Below are positions 11,206 to 19,835 of a stretch of 64,000 bases of DNA, piece by piece. The notes below the pieces were generated by a model. It searched no databases, was not told the DNA's origin, and was given only the letters and a program-made list of their open reading frames with translations. Numbering within the stretch: position 1 is the first letter of the stretch; each line of letters begins with the position of its first letter. A program made the position numbers and the translations under genes. The DNA is from Solirubrobacterales bacterium (lineage in GTDB: Bacteria > Actinomycetota > Thermoleophilia > Solirubrobacterales > Solirubrobacteraceae): assembly GCA_003132505.1 (NCBI GenBank), contig PKXY01000026.1, forward strand, positions 79,396-143,395, in the 5' to 3' direction.

Positions 11206-11266
11206 CGCTTTCCAAAGTATAGCGAGCAGGCAGAAAGGTTTAGTCGTCTAATCTCTGCGTATACGA

Positions 11267-11494
11267 ATGCCTGACGCGGCGGACATAAAGCTACGCATCG
11301 AGGCTGCGATCCCTGGGGCTCGAGCCGAGGTCGAGGACTGGACGGGCGGCGGTGATCACTTCCGCGCCACGGTTACGGCTCCAGCCTTCGCCGGGCTGTC
11401 GCGGATCGAGCAGCACCGCCTCGTCTACGGGGTATTCGGAGGGGAGATCGGCGGGCCGATCCACGCCCTGTCACTGACGACGATCAGCGAGTGA
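11267..11494 (+). CDS. BolA-family protein
   Basis: The 75-aa protein contains GGGDHFRATVTAPAFAGLSRIEQHRLVY...IHALSLTT, which is BolA-like. Confidence 0.8.
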   Translation: MPDAADIKLRIEAAIPGARAEVEDWTGGGDHFRATVTAPAFAGLSRIEQHRLVYGVFGGEIGGPIHALSLTTISE

Positions 11495-11501
11495 GGAACC
11501 G

Positions 11502-11897
11502 ATGAGTCAACAGCAGGAGAACCCAGTCCGCGAGGCGATCTCGAGCGCGATCGCCAACAACGAAGTGATCCTCTTCATGAAAGGGACGCCCGAAGCGCCG
11601 GCCTGCGGCTTCTCGGCGCGGACAGTCGGCGCTTTGCAGTCGCTCGGCGTCCCGTTCGCCGCAGTCGACGTCCTGCCAGACCCGCGGATCCGTCAGGAGC
11701 TGACGGCGCTGTCGAGGTGGCCGACGATCCCGCAGTTGTTCGCCCGGGGCGAGCTGATCGGTGGTTGCGACATCGTCACCGAGATGTGCGAGACCGGCGA
11801 GCTCGCTGAGGTGCTGGGCGCCGGCGCGAGCGCCGAGTCGCCGGCAAGCCCGGCGGCGGCCGCGGGAGCGCCCCTGCAGATCGAGAATCGGCTCTAA
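11502..11897 (+). CDS. grxD: monothiol (CGFS) glutaredoxin, Grx4 family
   Basis: VILFMKGTPEAPACGFSARTV...WPTIPQLFARGELIGGCDI. The CGFS active site is present, and the gene starts 7 nt after bolA. Confidence 0.9.
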   Translation: MSQQQENPVREAISSAIANNEVILFMKGTPEAPACGFSARTVGALQSLGVPFAAVDVLPDPRIRQELTALSRWPTIPQLFARGELIGGCDIVTEMCETGELAEVLGAGASAESPASPAAAAGAPLQIENRL

Positions 11898-11927
11898 CCG
11901 CTAATCCACTCCTGGAGGGGATCGCAC

Positions 11928-12653
11928 GTGGTGCTAGAGACAGCAGTCGTTGGCGGCGACACGCAGCGGCGGACGGGTGTCGTGCACATCTATGAGGAGG
12001 AGGAGGCGTCGTTTGACGCGGCCCGCCAAAGACCCGACGGCTCCTACCTGTGCGCAACCTTCGCGGGACGTTGGACGCGCCGGCCGCGCGACAGCGACGG
12101 ACCGTCGTTCGGCGCCCTCACGCTCGAGCAGGCACTGATCTGGGCCCGGGCCCGGGCGCCGGAGGTGCAGATTCGCTACGGACGCGGCGGCTACCACAGC
12201 GCCGGCGAGATCAACCCGAGCGGGCTACCGGAATGGCCACCGCGCGACATGCCGGCGCGGCTGCTCCGGCGCCGTCCCCCGGAGCAGGGCTGGCGCGAGC
12301 GCTCCGAAGGCGACCGGCCGATCGAGTGGCGCATCGAGCTGCTGCTGATACCGCCCAACCCGGACCACATGCGAACGACCAAGCGCTGGGAGGCTGAGCG
12401 TCAGGTCGAGGCGGCTGCAGAGGCTGCCGGTGCGACCCACTGGGACCCTGAGCCGCTCGATTCCTTCCTCGACTCGGACGGCCACGCCGAGGCACCCAAC
12501 ATCGGGCTCGCCGGCCTCTACCCGCCCGCCTTCCGCCTGCATCTCGATATCTTCGCCTCGACATCACCACAGGCGGAGGAGCGCGCCCGCGGCCGCCTGC
12601 CAAAGCTGCCGAGCGGCTGGCGCGTGCGTGCGACAGCCTTCCCCCTGGCCTAG
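11928..12653 (+). CDS. hypothetical protein (no recognisable family)
   Basis: The 241-codon ORF has GC3-rich coding-like composition and fills the grxD-degV gap. I recognise no motif, and the start (GTG at 11928) is uncertain. Confidence 0.45.
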   Translation: MVLETAVVGGDTQRRTGVVHIYEEEEASFDAARQRPDGSYLCATFAGRWTRRPRDSDGPSFGALTLEQALIWARARAPEVQIRYGRGGYHSAGEINPSGLPEWPPRDMPARLLRRRPPEQGWRERSEGDRPIEWRIELLLIPPNPDHMRTTKRWEAERQVEAAAEAAGATHWDPEPLDSFLDSDGHAEAPNIGLAGLYPPAFRLHLDIFASTSPQAEERARGRLPKLPSGWRVRATAFPLA

Positions 12654-12738
12654 ACCGGCCACCCCCCGGCCGGGAACCGTCGGCCACGCAATCAACGATC
12701 CAGCCTGCCCATCTACACCGCGGTAGTGTCCGCCGCCG

Positions 12739-13602
12739 ATGCGTCCGGTGGCGATCGTCAGCGATTCGACCCACTACCTCCCCCCTGATCTGGTTCGTGC
12801 GGCCGGGGTCAGCGAGGTCAGCCTGTACGTGCGCAGCGGTGAGCGCCAACAGCGCGAGTGCGACATCACCGACTACGCGGCGTTCTACGGCGCGCTGGCG
12901 GGCCCGGGCGAGCTTCCGAGCACGTCCCAGCCGTCGATCGGTGACTTCGCCGCAGTCTACGAGCCGCTGCTCGAATCGGGCCACGACATCGTCTCGATCC
13001 ACCTCTCGGCGGGCGTGTCAGGAACTCACGGCGCCGCGCTGCAGGCCAAGTCGATGCTCGAGGAGCGCCACCCACTTGGCCGGATCGAGGTCGTCGACTC
13101 GCACAGCGCGGGCGGCGGGCTGGGCTGCGTTGTACTCGCTGCGGCGGCGATCGCAAACGCGGGCCTGGGCAGCGATGAGGTGCTGATCCGGGCCGAGGCA
13201 GCAGCTGACGCAATGCGCCTGTGGTTCTGCGTCGACACGCTCGAGTACCTGCAGCGTGGCGGGCGAATCGGGCGCGCACAGGCGTGGCTCGGCGGCGCGC
13301 TGCAGATCAAGCCGATTCTGTCGATCGAGTCCGAGATAACCCCGGTCGAGCGGGTGCGCACAGCCGGGCGTGCGTTCGAGCGAATGGTCGACTACTTGCG
13401 GACGCTCCGGGACGACGGCGCCGACGCCTGGGTCGTACAGCACATCCAGGCGCCTGAAAGAGCCGATGCGCTGGTCGCCCGCGGCCGCGAACTGTTCGGC
13501 AGCGATCCGATCTGGGTCTCCGAGGTCGGGCCTGTCATCGGTACCTACACCGGTCCGGGACTCGTCGGCGTCGGCGGACTCCCGTCTCACCTTCTCGCTT
13601 GA
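12739..13602 (+). CDS. DegV-family fatty-acid-binding protein
   Basis: VAIVSDSTHYLP..., TSQPSIGDF and LSAGVSGTHGAA are typical DegV motifs. The protein is 287 aa. Confidence 0.85.
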   Translation: MRPVAIVSDSTHYLPPDLVRAAGVSEVSLYVRSGERQQRECDITDYAAFYGALAGPGELPSTSQPSIGDFAAVYEPLLESGHDIVSIHLSAGVSGTHGAALQAKSMLEERHPLGRIEVVDSHSAGGGLGCVVLAAAAIANAGLGSDEVLIRAEAAADAMRLWFCVDTLEYLQRGGRIGRAQAWLGGALQIKPILSIESEITPVERVRTAGRAFERMVDYLRTLRDDGADAWVVQHIQAPERADALVARGRELFGSDPIWVSEVGPVIGTYTGPGLVGVGGLPSHLLA

Positions 13603-13618
13603 GCGGACAGGCGCTGTG

Positions 13619-13834
13619 TCAGCGGCGCTTGCGGCGCCGGCCGAGCAGCCCGCCGCCGGCGAGGAAGCCGGCGACAACGGCGGTGAGCATCGCCGGGCGC
13701 CGGTGCTGAGAGAGCTGCTTGCGCCAGTCGGTGAGCTCGGCGACTTCTCCGCGGAGCCGCTCGATCGAGACCGCCAGCGCCTCGCGGTTCGCCTCTATCG
13801 AGCGGCGGATCTCTTCCGGGCTCCGCTCGGGCAT
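13619..13834 (-). CDS. DUF3618-like small protein with C-terminal membrane anchor
   Basis: MPERSPEEIRRSIEANREALAVSIERLRGEV... followed by AMLTAVVAGFLAGGGLL and RRRKRR. The ATG shares 1 nt with the upstream stop (TGATG). Confidence 0.6.
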   Translation of the reverse strand: MPERSPEEIRRSIEANREALAVSIERLRGEVAELTDWRKQLSQHRRPAMLTAVVAGFLAGGGLLGRRRKRR

Positions 13835-14250
13835 CAGACGGCGGCGTCCTTGGCGCCGACCGTGTCGCGGATCTTTCGCGCCTCGTCGATAGCCATCGTC
13901 GGCGTGGGCGGCGTACCACGGCGCAGCGCACGCGCAGCGAGGAAGCCGGCGAGGACGCCAAACACCAGCAGGCCGCCGGCGACGACGAAGTAGCCCCAGA
14001 AGATCTTGTCATCCCCGAAAAGCTCAAACGCGAACAGCCAGGCGAGGCCATGGAGCGCGAACAACAGCGCGACGATGAAGAAGATCCCGGCGGCCAGCGC
14101 GACGATCGCACCGGTCACGAGTCGCGTCAGCTTGGTCGTGATCTCGGCCTTCGCGAGCTCGATCTCCTCGCGCACCAGCAGCGACGCGCGCTCGGAGATC
14201 TCAGTGATCGCCTGTGCCAGGTTCTGCGGCTCGTCGGCTTCAGCGGCCAA
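13834..14250 (-). CDS. actinobacterial Holin-X (holin superfamily III-like) membrane protein
   Basis: ITEISERASLLVREEIELAKAEITTKLTRL is followed by two long hydrophobic helices. The start is re-called to the TTG at 14250 (11-nt overlap with the upstream gene). The tracked start at 14448 overlaps two upstream genes. Confidence 0.6.
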   Translation of the reverse strand: MAAEADEPQNLAQAITEISERASLLVREEIELAKAEITTKLTRLVTGAIVALAAGIFFIVALLFALHGLAWLFAFELFGDDKIFWGYFVVAGGLLVFGVLAGFLAARALRRGTPPTPTMAIDEARKIRDTVGAKDAAV

Positions 14251-14461
14251 GGCGCCTGGCAAGAATCGCGAGTAGGAGACCGCCAGCGAACGCGGCGGCG
14301 ACGGCGATCTCGGGTCGGTTGGCGACAAGACTCGAGGCGCTTCCGACCACTCCGCCTGGCTGGGCGCTCGCGGGTGGCGGTCCACCGTTTGAGGAAGCCG
14401 CATCCGTACTCTGGTTGGCAGTGCTCGACCCGTCGCCGGACGCTGCAAACGGTTGGCTCAC
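14240..14461 (-). CDS. small Ser/Gly/Pro-rich protein with C-terminal TM helix
   Basis: The GTG at 14461 overlaps the upstream stop (GTGA). The product reads VSQPFAASGDGSS...RPEIAVAAAFAGGLLLAILARRLGR. I recognise no family. Confidence 0.45.
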   Translation of the reverse strand: MSQPFAASGDGSSTANQSTDAASSNGGPPPASAQPGGVVGSASSLVANRPEIAVAAAFAGGLLLAILARRLGR

Positions 14462-14640
14462 TCCGGCGGCTCCTCGTCGAACATGCGACGCCAGACGGCC
14501 GACGCAGCGCGGTTTGCGACGATGCTCACGGCCGCGGTTACCCCGGCGAGCAAGCCTGACCACATCAGCTTCTTCACCGGGTCGGTCTTGCCCTTCACTG
14601 CCTCGCTCTCACCAGCATCCGATTCCATAAACGCAGTCAA
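14458..14640 (-). CDS. DUF4235-like small membrane protein
   Basis: The 60-aa protein contains KKLMWSGLLAGVTAAVSIVANRAASAVWRRMFDEEPPE, which resembles the DUF4235 pattern (recalled from memory). Confidence 0.5.
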   Translation of the reverse strand: MTAFMESDAGESEAVKGKTDPVKKLMWSGLLAGVTAAVSIVANRAASAVWRRMFDEEPPE

Positions 14641-14669
14641 GCAGATTCACGCTGGACGGCTCAGCGACG

Positions 14670-15524
14670 TCAGCCGGTGACCGGCCAGCGGTACGTCTGC
14701 GGACGACGGTTTGCGAGCGAGGGCAGCTCCTCGCGCACCTGCTCCAGCCGCGCCAGGTCGAGGTCCGCGGTGATGTGAGTGACGGCATCGCCGGCCTGAG
14801 CGATCACCACCCCCCACGGATCGACGATCAGTGACCGGCCGCCGCTGCGCCGGCCCGGTGGGTGGGAGCCGATCTGGTTCGCCGCGAGGACGAACGCCTG
14901 GTTCTCGATCGCCCGCGCGCGCAGCAGGACCTCCCAATGCTCGCGGGTGGTCGAGAGCGTAAACGCCGCCGGTACGAGCATCACGCGCGCGCCGCGCAGC
15001 GCCAGGATCCTGTAAAGCTCGGGAAAGCGAACGTCGTAGCAGATCGTCAGGCCGAGCTCCACGCCGCCGGCGCTCGCTGAGACGACGATGTCCTCTCCCG
15101 GCTGCTCGTGTTCTGACTCGTTGTACTCGATCCCGTCCACGGTCACGTCGAACATATGGATCTTGCGGTACGTGGCGGCAATCGCGCCGTCGGCGCCGAC
15201 GTGAAACGAGGTGTTGGCGAGCCGGCCGTTGCCGTTGTCCTCGAGCTCGCAGATCGAACCCGCAACGAGATCGATACCGAGCTCGCTCGCGAGCCCGCGT
15301 GCCCAGGAAATCGCCGGGCCGTCAAGCCGCTGGGCACCGGCGCGTAGCTGCTCGGCGGTGCCGAGCAGGTTCCACTTCTCGGGCAGCAGGACGAGCTTTG
15401 CTCCGTCGGCAACCGCGGCGCGGGTGAGGCGGTCGGCCTGCTCGAGGTTGTCGTCGAAGCGCTGCTGAGAATTGAGCTGGACAGCGGCGACGCGAAGGAC
15501 GCTTGCAGGCGACGGTTCACTCAT
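14670..15524 (-). CDS. carbon-nitrogen hydrolase (nitrilase superfamily) protein
   Basis: LRVAAVQLNS, LVLLPEKW and LTICYDVRFPE give the E-K-C triad context. The start is re-called to the ATG at 15524, which overlaps the plsC stop (ATGAGTGA). Confidence 0.85.
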   Translation of the reverse strand: MSEPSPASVLRVAAVQLNSQQRFDDNLEQADRLTRAAVADGAKLVLLPEKWNLLGTAEQLRAGAQRLDGPAISWARGLASELGIDLVAGSICELEDNGNGRLANTSFHVGADGAIAATYRKIHMFDVTVDGIEYNESEHEQPGEDIVVSASAGGVELGLTICYDVRFPELYRILALRGARVMLVPAAFTLSTTREHWEVLLRARAIENQAFVLAANQIGSHPPGRRSGGRSLIVDPWGVVIAQAGDAVTHITADLDLARLEQVREELPSLANRRPQTYRWPVTG

Positions 15525-16302
15525 CGAGAGACGAGGGCCCGCGGCGCAGCTCACGCGCCTCGCGGCGCCGTACGCGCCAGGTGGCGTGACCCGCGCGAAC
15601 GCGGCGCTCGTACATGGCGCGGATCTCGGCGAAGATCGCGTCGGCCGTCTCCTGCTGGCGCTCGCGGCCGGGACGCTGCTCGGCGTCGAAATGCAGCGGC
15701 GGGCCGTACTCCACGGTCACCGCCGGGAAGCGCAGCCGCTTCCAGTTGCGGATCTTGGCCGAGCCGACGATCGCGACCGGAACCACCGGCACGCCCGTCT
15801 CGAGCGCCAGCCGCCCGATCCCGCGGCGCGCGCGCTCCTGGAGCTCGCCGGTCCGCGAGCGGCCACCCTCGCAGTACATCGCGATCGTGCCACCCCGACC
15901 GAGGATCGTCTCGGCGGTGATGAACGTGTCATCGTCGCGCGCACCGCGGCGCACGGGGAAGACGCCGCCCTGCATGTAGACCCAGGCGGGCGGTCCCTTG
16001 AAGAGCTGCGACTTGCCCATGAAGCGAACCTTGCGCCGCAGAAAGCATCCGAGCAGGAAGTGGTCCATGAACGAGAAGTGGTTCGGCGCGAGGATCATCG
16101 CGCCGGATTCAGGCACGTTATCTGCCGCGACCGCGCGTGCCCGGAGGAAGGCGAAGGCGTATAGCGAGGTGACGAGCCGCACGATCTCGTAGACGAAGCT
16201 AGGCTCGTGAGTGCGCGCGTGCTCATGGAAGCGGTCGAAGTACTCCTTCGGCCGCCGCTCGGCGTAAACCTGTTCCTTCATTGGGGATAGCTCGGCGCTC
16301 AC
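15517..16302 (-). CDS. plsC: 1-acyl-sn-glycerol-3-phosphate (lysophospholipid) acyltransferase
   Basis: HX4D motif (LAPNHFSFMDHF) and FPVRRG/EGGRS blocks. The GTG at 16302 is preceded by GGAGG 7 nt upstream; an ATG at 16281 is an alternative start. Confidence 0.8.
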   Translation of the reverse strand: MSAELSPMKEQVYAERRPKEYFDRFHEHARTHEPSFVYEIVRLVTSLYAFAFLRARAVAADNVPESGAMILAPNHFSFMDHFLLGCFLRRKVRFMGKSQLFKGPPAWVYMQGGVFPVRRGARDDDTFITAETILGRGGTIAMYCEGGRSRTGELQERARRGIGRLALETGVPVVPVAIVGSAKIRNWKRLRFPAVTVEYGPPLHFDAEQRPGRERQQETADAIFAEIRAMYERRVRAGHATWRVRRREARELRRGPSSLDE

Positions 16303-16336
16303 CGCAGCACCTCCGTGCAGGGGGCTTTGGCGGAGC

Positions 16337-17035
16337 TTAGCTCGGCGCTCGTCGCCGCTGCCGTCCGCTGCCGGACGAAGCCGGGCGGCGCCGGCGGTAG
16401 ACAACGACTAGGTCGCCGAGCTGCCGTGCGCGGTGCCAGAAGCCGATGAGGTTGCGGCCGGTCCAGCGATGCTCGAGCGGGAGCCGAAGCTCGACCACGC
16501 GCGCCTGCCGGCGGAGCGCGTCGATCGTCATCGCCAGCTCCAGCCCGAAGCCGCCCGCGAACGGCAGGGCGGCGGCAAGCGCCTCGCCCGTCAGCGCGCG
16601 CTGACCCGAGATCGGGGCGGCCAGCACAACGCCTGTCGTGCGCCGCACCGCCCAGCGCGCGAAGCCAAGCGCGACGCCGAAGCCACCGCCGAGCGGCCGC
16701 TCGAAGGCAGCGATCGCCAGATCGGCGACGCCGCTGGCGACGAGGTCTCCCAGTGGCGCGAGGAACGCCGCGCTCGCTCCGAGGTCTGCGTCGCAAAGCA
16801 CGTAGGTGGATCGCTCGCCGCCGAGCTCGATCGCTCGCGCGCAGGCGAGGCTCGCAGCCTGGCCCTTGCCGCGGCGGCGCCCGGAGGCGACCGTCTCGAC
16901 GCGGCGAGCGGCGGCGAGCGCCGCTGTGGCGTCGCGTGAGCCGTCATCCGCCAGCAGGACGGTGGCCTTTGGAAAGGCGGCTGCGAGAGCGTCGAGCGTC
17001 GTACCGATCCGCTCAGCCTCGTCACGCGCCGTCAC
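16337..17035 (-). CDS. family 2 glycosyltransferase (true start probably upstream at a non-canonical codon)
   Basis: TARDEAERIG...LLADDGSRD...CDADL are GT-A/GT2 motifs. The conserved beta1 strand (AVVVVIV) lies upstream of the first canonical start codon; see findings. Confidence 0.7.
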   Translation of the reverse strand: MTARDEAERIGTTLDALAAAFPKATVLLADDGSRDATAALAAARRVETVASGRRRGKGQAASLACARAIELGGERSTYVLCDADLGASAAFLAPLGDLVASGVADLAIAAFERPLGGGFGVALGFARWAVRRTTGVVLAAPISGQRALTGEALAAALPFAGGFGLELAMTIDALRRQARVVELRLPLEHRWTGRNLIGFWHRARQLGDLVVVYRRRRPASSGSGRQRRRAPS

Positions 17036-17106
17036 GATGACGACAACCGCGTCGCGCGCGGAAGCTATTGTGCGCTCCAGCTACGGCGGCGCGGCGGCAG
17101 AGGACT

Positions 17107-17316
17107 GTGGAGATCGAGGCTCATATAAGCGGGGTCGTGTGGAAGATCGAATGCGCGGTCGGCGATCAGGTCGCGGCGGGCGACACGGTAGCCGTCCTCG
17201 AATCGATGAAGATGGAGATGCCGGTGGAGGCGGACGAGCCTGGACGCGTTAAGGAGATCCTCTGCGCGGAGGGCGAGAAGGTCAACGAAGGCGACGCGCT
17301 GATCATCCTCGAGTAG
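17107..17316 (+). CDS. small biotinyl/lipoyl-domain protein (BCCP-like, about 69 aa)
   Basis: VEIEAHISGVVWKI...VAVLESMKMEMPVEA...GDALIILE carries the canonical (E)SMKM biotinylation motif. The start is either the GTG at 17107 or the TTG at 17068. Confidence 0.75.
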   Translation: MEIEAHISGVVWKIECAVGDQVAAGDTVAVLESMKMEMPVEADEPGRVKEILCAEGEKVNEGDALIILE

Positions 17317-17379
17317 CGCGCGGACGTCCCGCTCGGCGCCGCGTTCCTCGCCCGCAAGCCGTAGGGTGCAGATTCCAGG

Positions 17380-18537
17380 ATGCCGCCACTGATCACACGC
17401 GAGGAGGCGCTGCGCCTCGGCCAGATCTCAGACCATGGCGAGATCGAGGCGCTCGTCGAGCGGGCCTGGGAGGCGCGCGTAGATCGTTTCGGTGACGCGA
17501 CCGACATGTGCTCGCTGGTCAACGCCAAGTCGGGCGGCTGCGCCGAGGACTGTGGCTTCTGCGCCCAGTCAAGCCATGCGGAGGCCGACACGCCGATGCA
17601 CGCGATGATGGAGCCGGAGCAAATGCTCGCCCATGCTTACGCCGCCGAGGCTGCCGGCGCTCACCGCTTCTGCATGGTCGCTCAGGGTCAGGGCCTCTCC
17701 AAGCGCGACTTCGAAAAGGTGCTCGAAGGGGCGCGGCTCGTCGCCGAGCACACAAACCTCAAACGCTGTGCGTCGATCGGGCACATGTCGGTGGCGCGCG
17801 CGACGCAGCTGAAGGAAGCGGGGATCCAGCGCGTCCATCACAACGTCGAGAGCTCATCGACCTTCTATCCCGAGGTGTCACAGACGGTGCGCTACGAGGG
17901 CCGTCTGCGCACGATCGCCGCCGTCAAGGAGGCCGGCCTCGAGACGTGCGTCGGCGGAATCCTCAATCTCGGGGAGACCGAGGAGCAGCGCGTCGAGATG
18001 GCGTTCGAGCTCGCCGCGATAAATCCAACCAGCGTGCCGATCAACCTGCTGATCCCGCGACCCGGCACGAAGTTTGGCGAGCGCATGGTGATGGAGCCGT
18101 GGGAGGCCGTGAAGTGGGTCGCGATCTTCCGCCTGATCCTCCCTGAGGCGCTGTTCCGCCTGTGCGGCGGTCGGATCGAGAACCTCGGCGAGCTGCAGCC
18201 GCTCGCGGTGAAGGCCGGGCTCAACGGGGTGATGATGGGCAATTTCCTCACGGCGCTTGGCGCGACCCCGGAGGAGGACCGCGCGATGTTCGAAGAGCTC
18301 GGCCTCAACGTCGCTCGCCAGCCCGACAACGGCAGCAATCCGCGTCCGGACAACCGCTCCGGCTGGCTCGATGGCGAGACTCCCGACTTGATCGACGAGC
18401 ATCTCGCGCTGAACGCCCCGGCAAGCCTCGACGTACGCCTGTGGGATCCCTCGACGCAGCTGCATTACCGCAGCAAAGGGAAGGGGCGGCGCAAGCGCGC
18501 CTCGGAACATTCACGCGCGACGGAACCGGCACTGTGA
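17380..18537 (+). CDS. bioB: biotin synthase with ~50-aa C-terminal extension
   Basis: Radical-SAM CxxxCxxC motif (GGCAEDCGFCAQS), plus HNVESS, ETCVGGILNLGE and the rest of the BioB pattern. Confidence 0.92.
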   Translation: MPPLITREEALRLGQISDHGEIEALVERAWEARVDRFGDATDMCSLVNAKSGGCAEDCGFCAQSSHAEADTPMHAMMEPEQMLAHAYAAEAAGAHRFCMVAQGQGLSKRDFEKVLEGARLVAEHTNLKRCASIGHMSVARATQLKEAGIQRVHHNVESSSTFYPEVSQTVRYEGRLRTIAAVKEAGLETCVGGILNLGETEEQRVEMAFELAAINPTSVPINLLIPRPGTKFGERMVMEPWEAVKWVAIFRLILPEALFRLCGGRIENLGELQPLAVKAGLNGVMMGNFLTALGATPEEDRAMFEELGLNVARQPDNGSNPRPDNRSGWLDGETPDLIDEHLALNAPASLDVRLWDPSTQLHYRSKGKGRRKRASEHSRATEPAL

Positions 18538-19832
18538 ATGAGATCGAGGTCGCCCTCGAGGAGCTCACGCGGCTCGGTCTGCACCGCTCGACACGGCTGA
18601 TCAGCGGCCCCCAGGGTCCACAGGTACTGCTGGACGGCCGGCCGGTGCTTCTGCTCTGCTCGAACAACTACCTTGGCCTCGCGGAGCATCCGCGGGTGCG
18701 CGAGGCCGCAGCAGATGCGGCGATGCGCTGGGGCGTCGGCGCAGGAGCGTCGCGTCTCGTTTCGGGCACGATGACGATCCACGAGACGCTCGAGCAGGCA
18801 CTCGCCGCGTTCGAGGGGAGCGAGCGCTGTGTGCTGTTCGGCTCGGGCTACCTCGCCAACATCGGGGTGATCGGCGCTCTCACGAGTCTGCCGGCCGGTG
18901 GCACGAACGGCAGCAAAGGGCGCGCTGCCGCTGGCGGCGAGCGGATCGTCTTCTCGGACGCCCGCAACCACGCCTCGATCGTCGACGGCTGCCGTCTCGC
19001 CAGGGCGCGGACGTTCGTCTATAAGCACCGCGACGTCGAGCACCTCGCCTGGGGCTTGCGCGAAGCGCCAGCTGGAAGCGTGATCGTCACCGACTCGGTC
19101 TTCTCGATGGACGGCGACATCGCGCCGCTCGTCGAGATCGTCGAGCTGGCCGAGCGCCACGGCGCACGCCTGGTCGTCGATGAGGCTCACGCGACCGGAA
19201 CGCTCGGCCCTGGCGGTCGCGGCGCTGTCGCAGCTGCCGGCCTCGAGGGACGAGTCGACGTTGTCGTCGGCACCCTTGGCAAGGCGCTTGGCTCTTACGG
19301 CGCCTACGCGTGCGCCTCGAGCGCGACCGTCGAGTACCTCGTGAACTCCGCGCGCACGCTGATCTTCTCGACCGCCCCGCCACCACCGGCGATCGCCGGC
19401 GCGCTGGCAGCGCTGGAATTGCTGAGCGAGCAGCCGCGCCGCGTGGAGAAGCTCCAGGCAAACAGTGCACTGATGCGCTCCGCGTTAGCGCGCGCTGGGA
19501 TTTCGCCACCCGATGGCGAGACGCAGATCATCCCGCTGATCGTCGGCGACGCAGCCCAGGCGGTCGAGCTTTGCGCCGCAGCGCTGAGGCGCGGCGTCTT
19601 TGCCCAGGCGATCCGGCCCCCGACGGTGGCGCCGCGTAGCTCGAGACTGCGCTTGACGCTGATGGCTTCGCACACAGCGAGCGAGATCAGCCGAGCCGCC
19701 GAGGCGATCGCCGCCGCAGCCAGGGACATCGGCACGAGCTTCGAACGCGAAACGCGGGCTGGGGGCGAAGGGCTCGCAGCGGCCATCGGGGCCCGTCGCC
19801 TGGCGAAGCCGGCCGTGGAACCAACCGGCTGA
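18534..19832 (+). CDS. bioF: 8-amino-7-oxononanoate synthase
   Basis: The start is re-called to the GTG at 18534, which overlaps the bioB stop (GTGA). Motifs: LLLCSNNYLGLAEHP, DEAHATG and the PLP-lysine context VGTLGKALGSYG. Confidence 0.88.
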   Translation: MNEIEVALEELTRLGLHRSTRLISGPQGPQVLLDGRPVLLLCSNNYLGLAEHPRVREAAADAAMRWGVGAGASRLVSGTMTIHETLEQALAAFEGSERCVLFGSGYLANIGVIGALTSLPAGGTNGSKGRAAAGGERIVFSDARNHASIVDGCRLARARTFVYKHRDVEHLAWGLREAPAGSVIVTDSVFSMDGDIAPLVEIVELAERHGARLVVDEAHATGTLGPGGRGAVAAAGLEGRVDVVVGTLGKALGSYGAYACASSATVEYLVNSARTLIFSTAPPPPAIAGALAALELLSEQPRRVEKLQANSALMRSALARAGISPPDGETQIIPLIVGDAAQAVELCAAALRRGVFAQAIRPPTVAPRSSRLRLTLMASHTASEISRAAEAIAAAARDIGTSFERETRAGGEGLAAAIGARRLAKPAVEPTG

Positions 19833-19835
19833 CGC

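Noticed and set aside
17068-17106. TTG start at 17068 for the BCCP-like gene
   Set aside because: This is not excluded, but the extra residues (MCAPATAARRQRT) are not part of the biotinyl-domain fold. They would also overlap the likely 5' end of the divergent GT2 gene, so GTG at 17107 is preferred.
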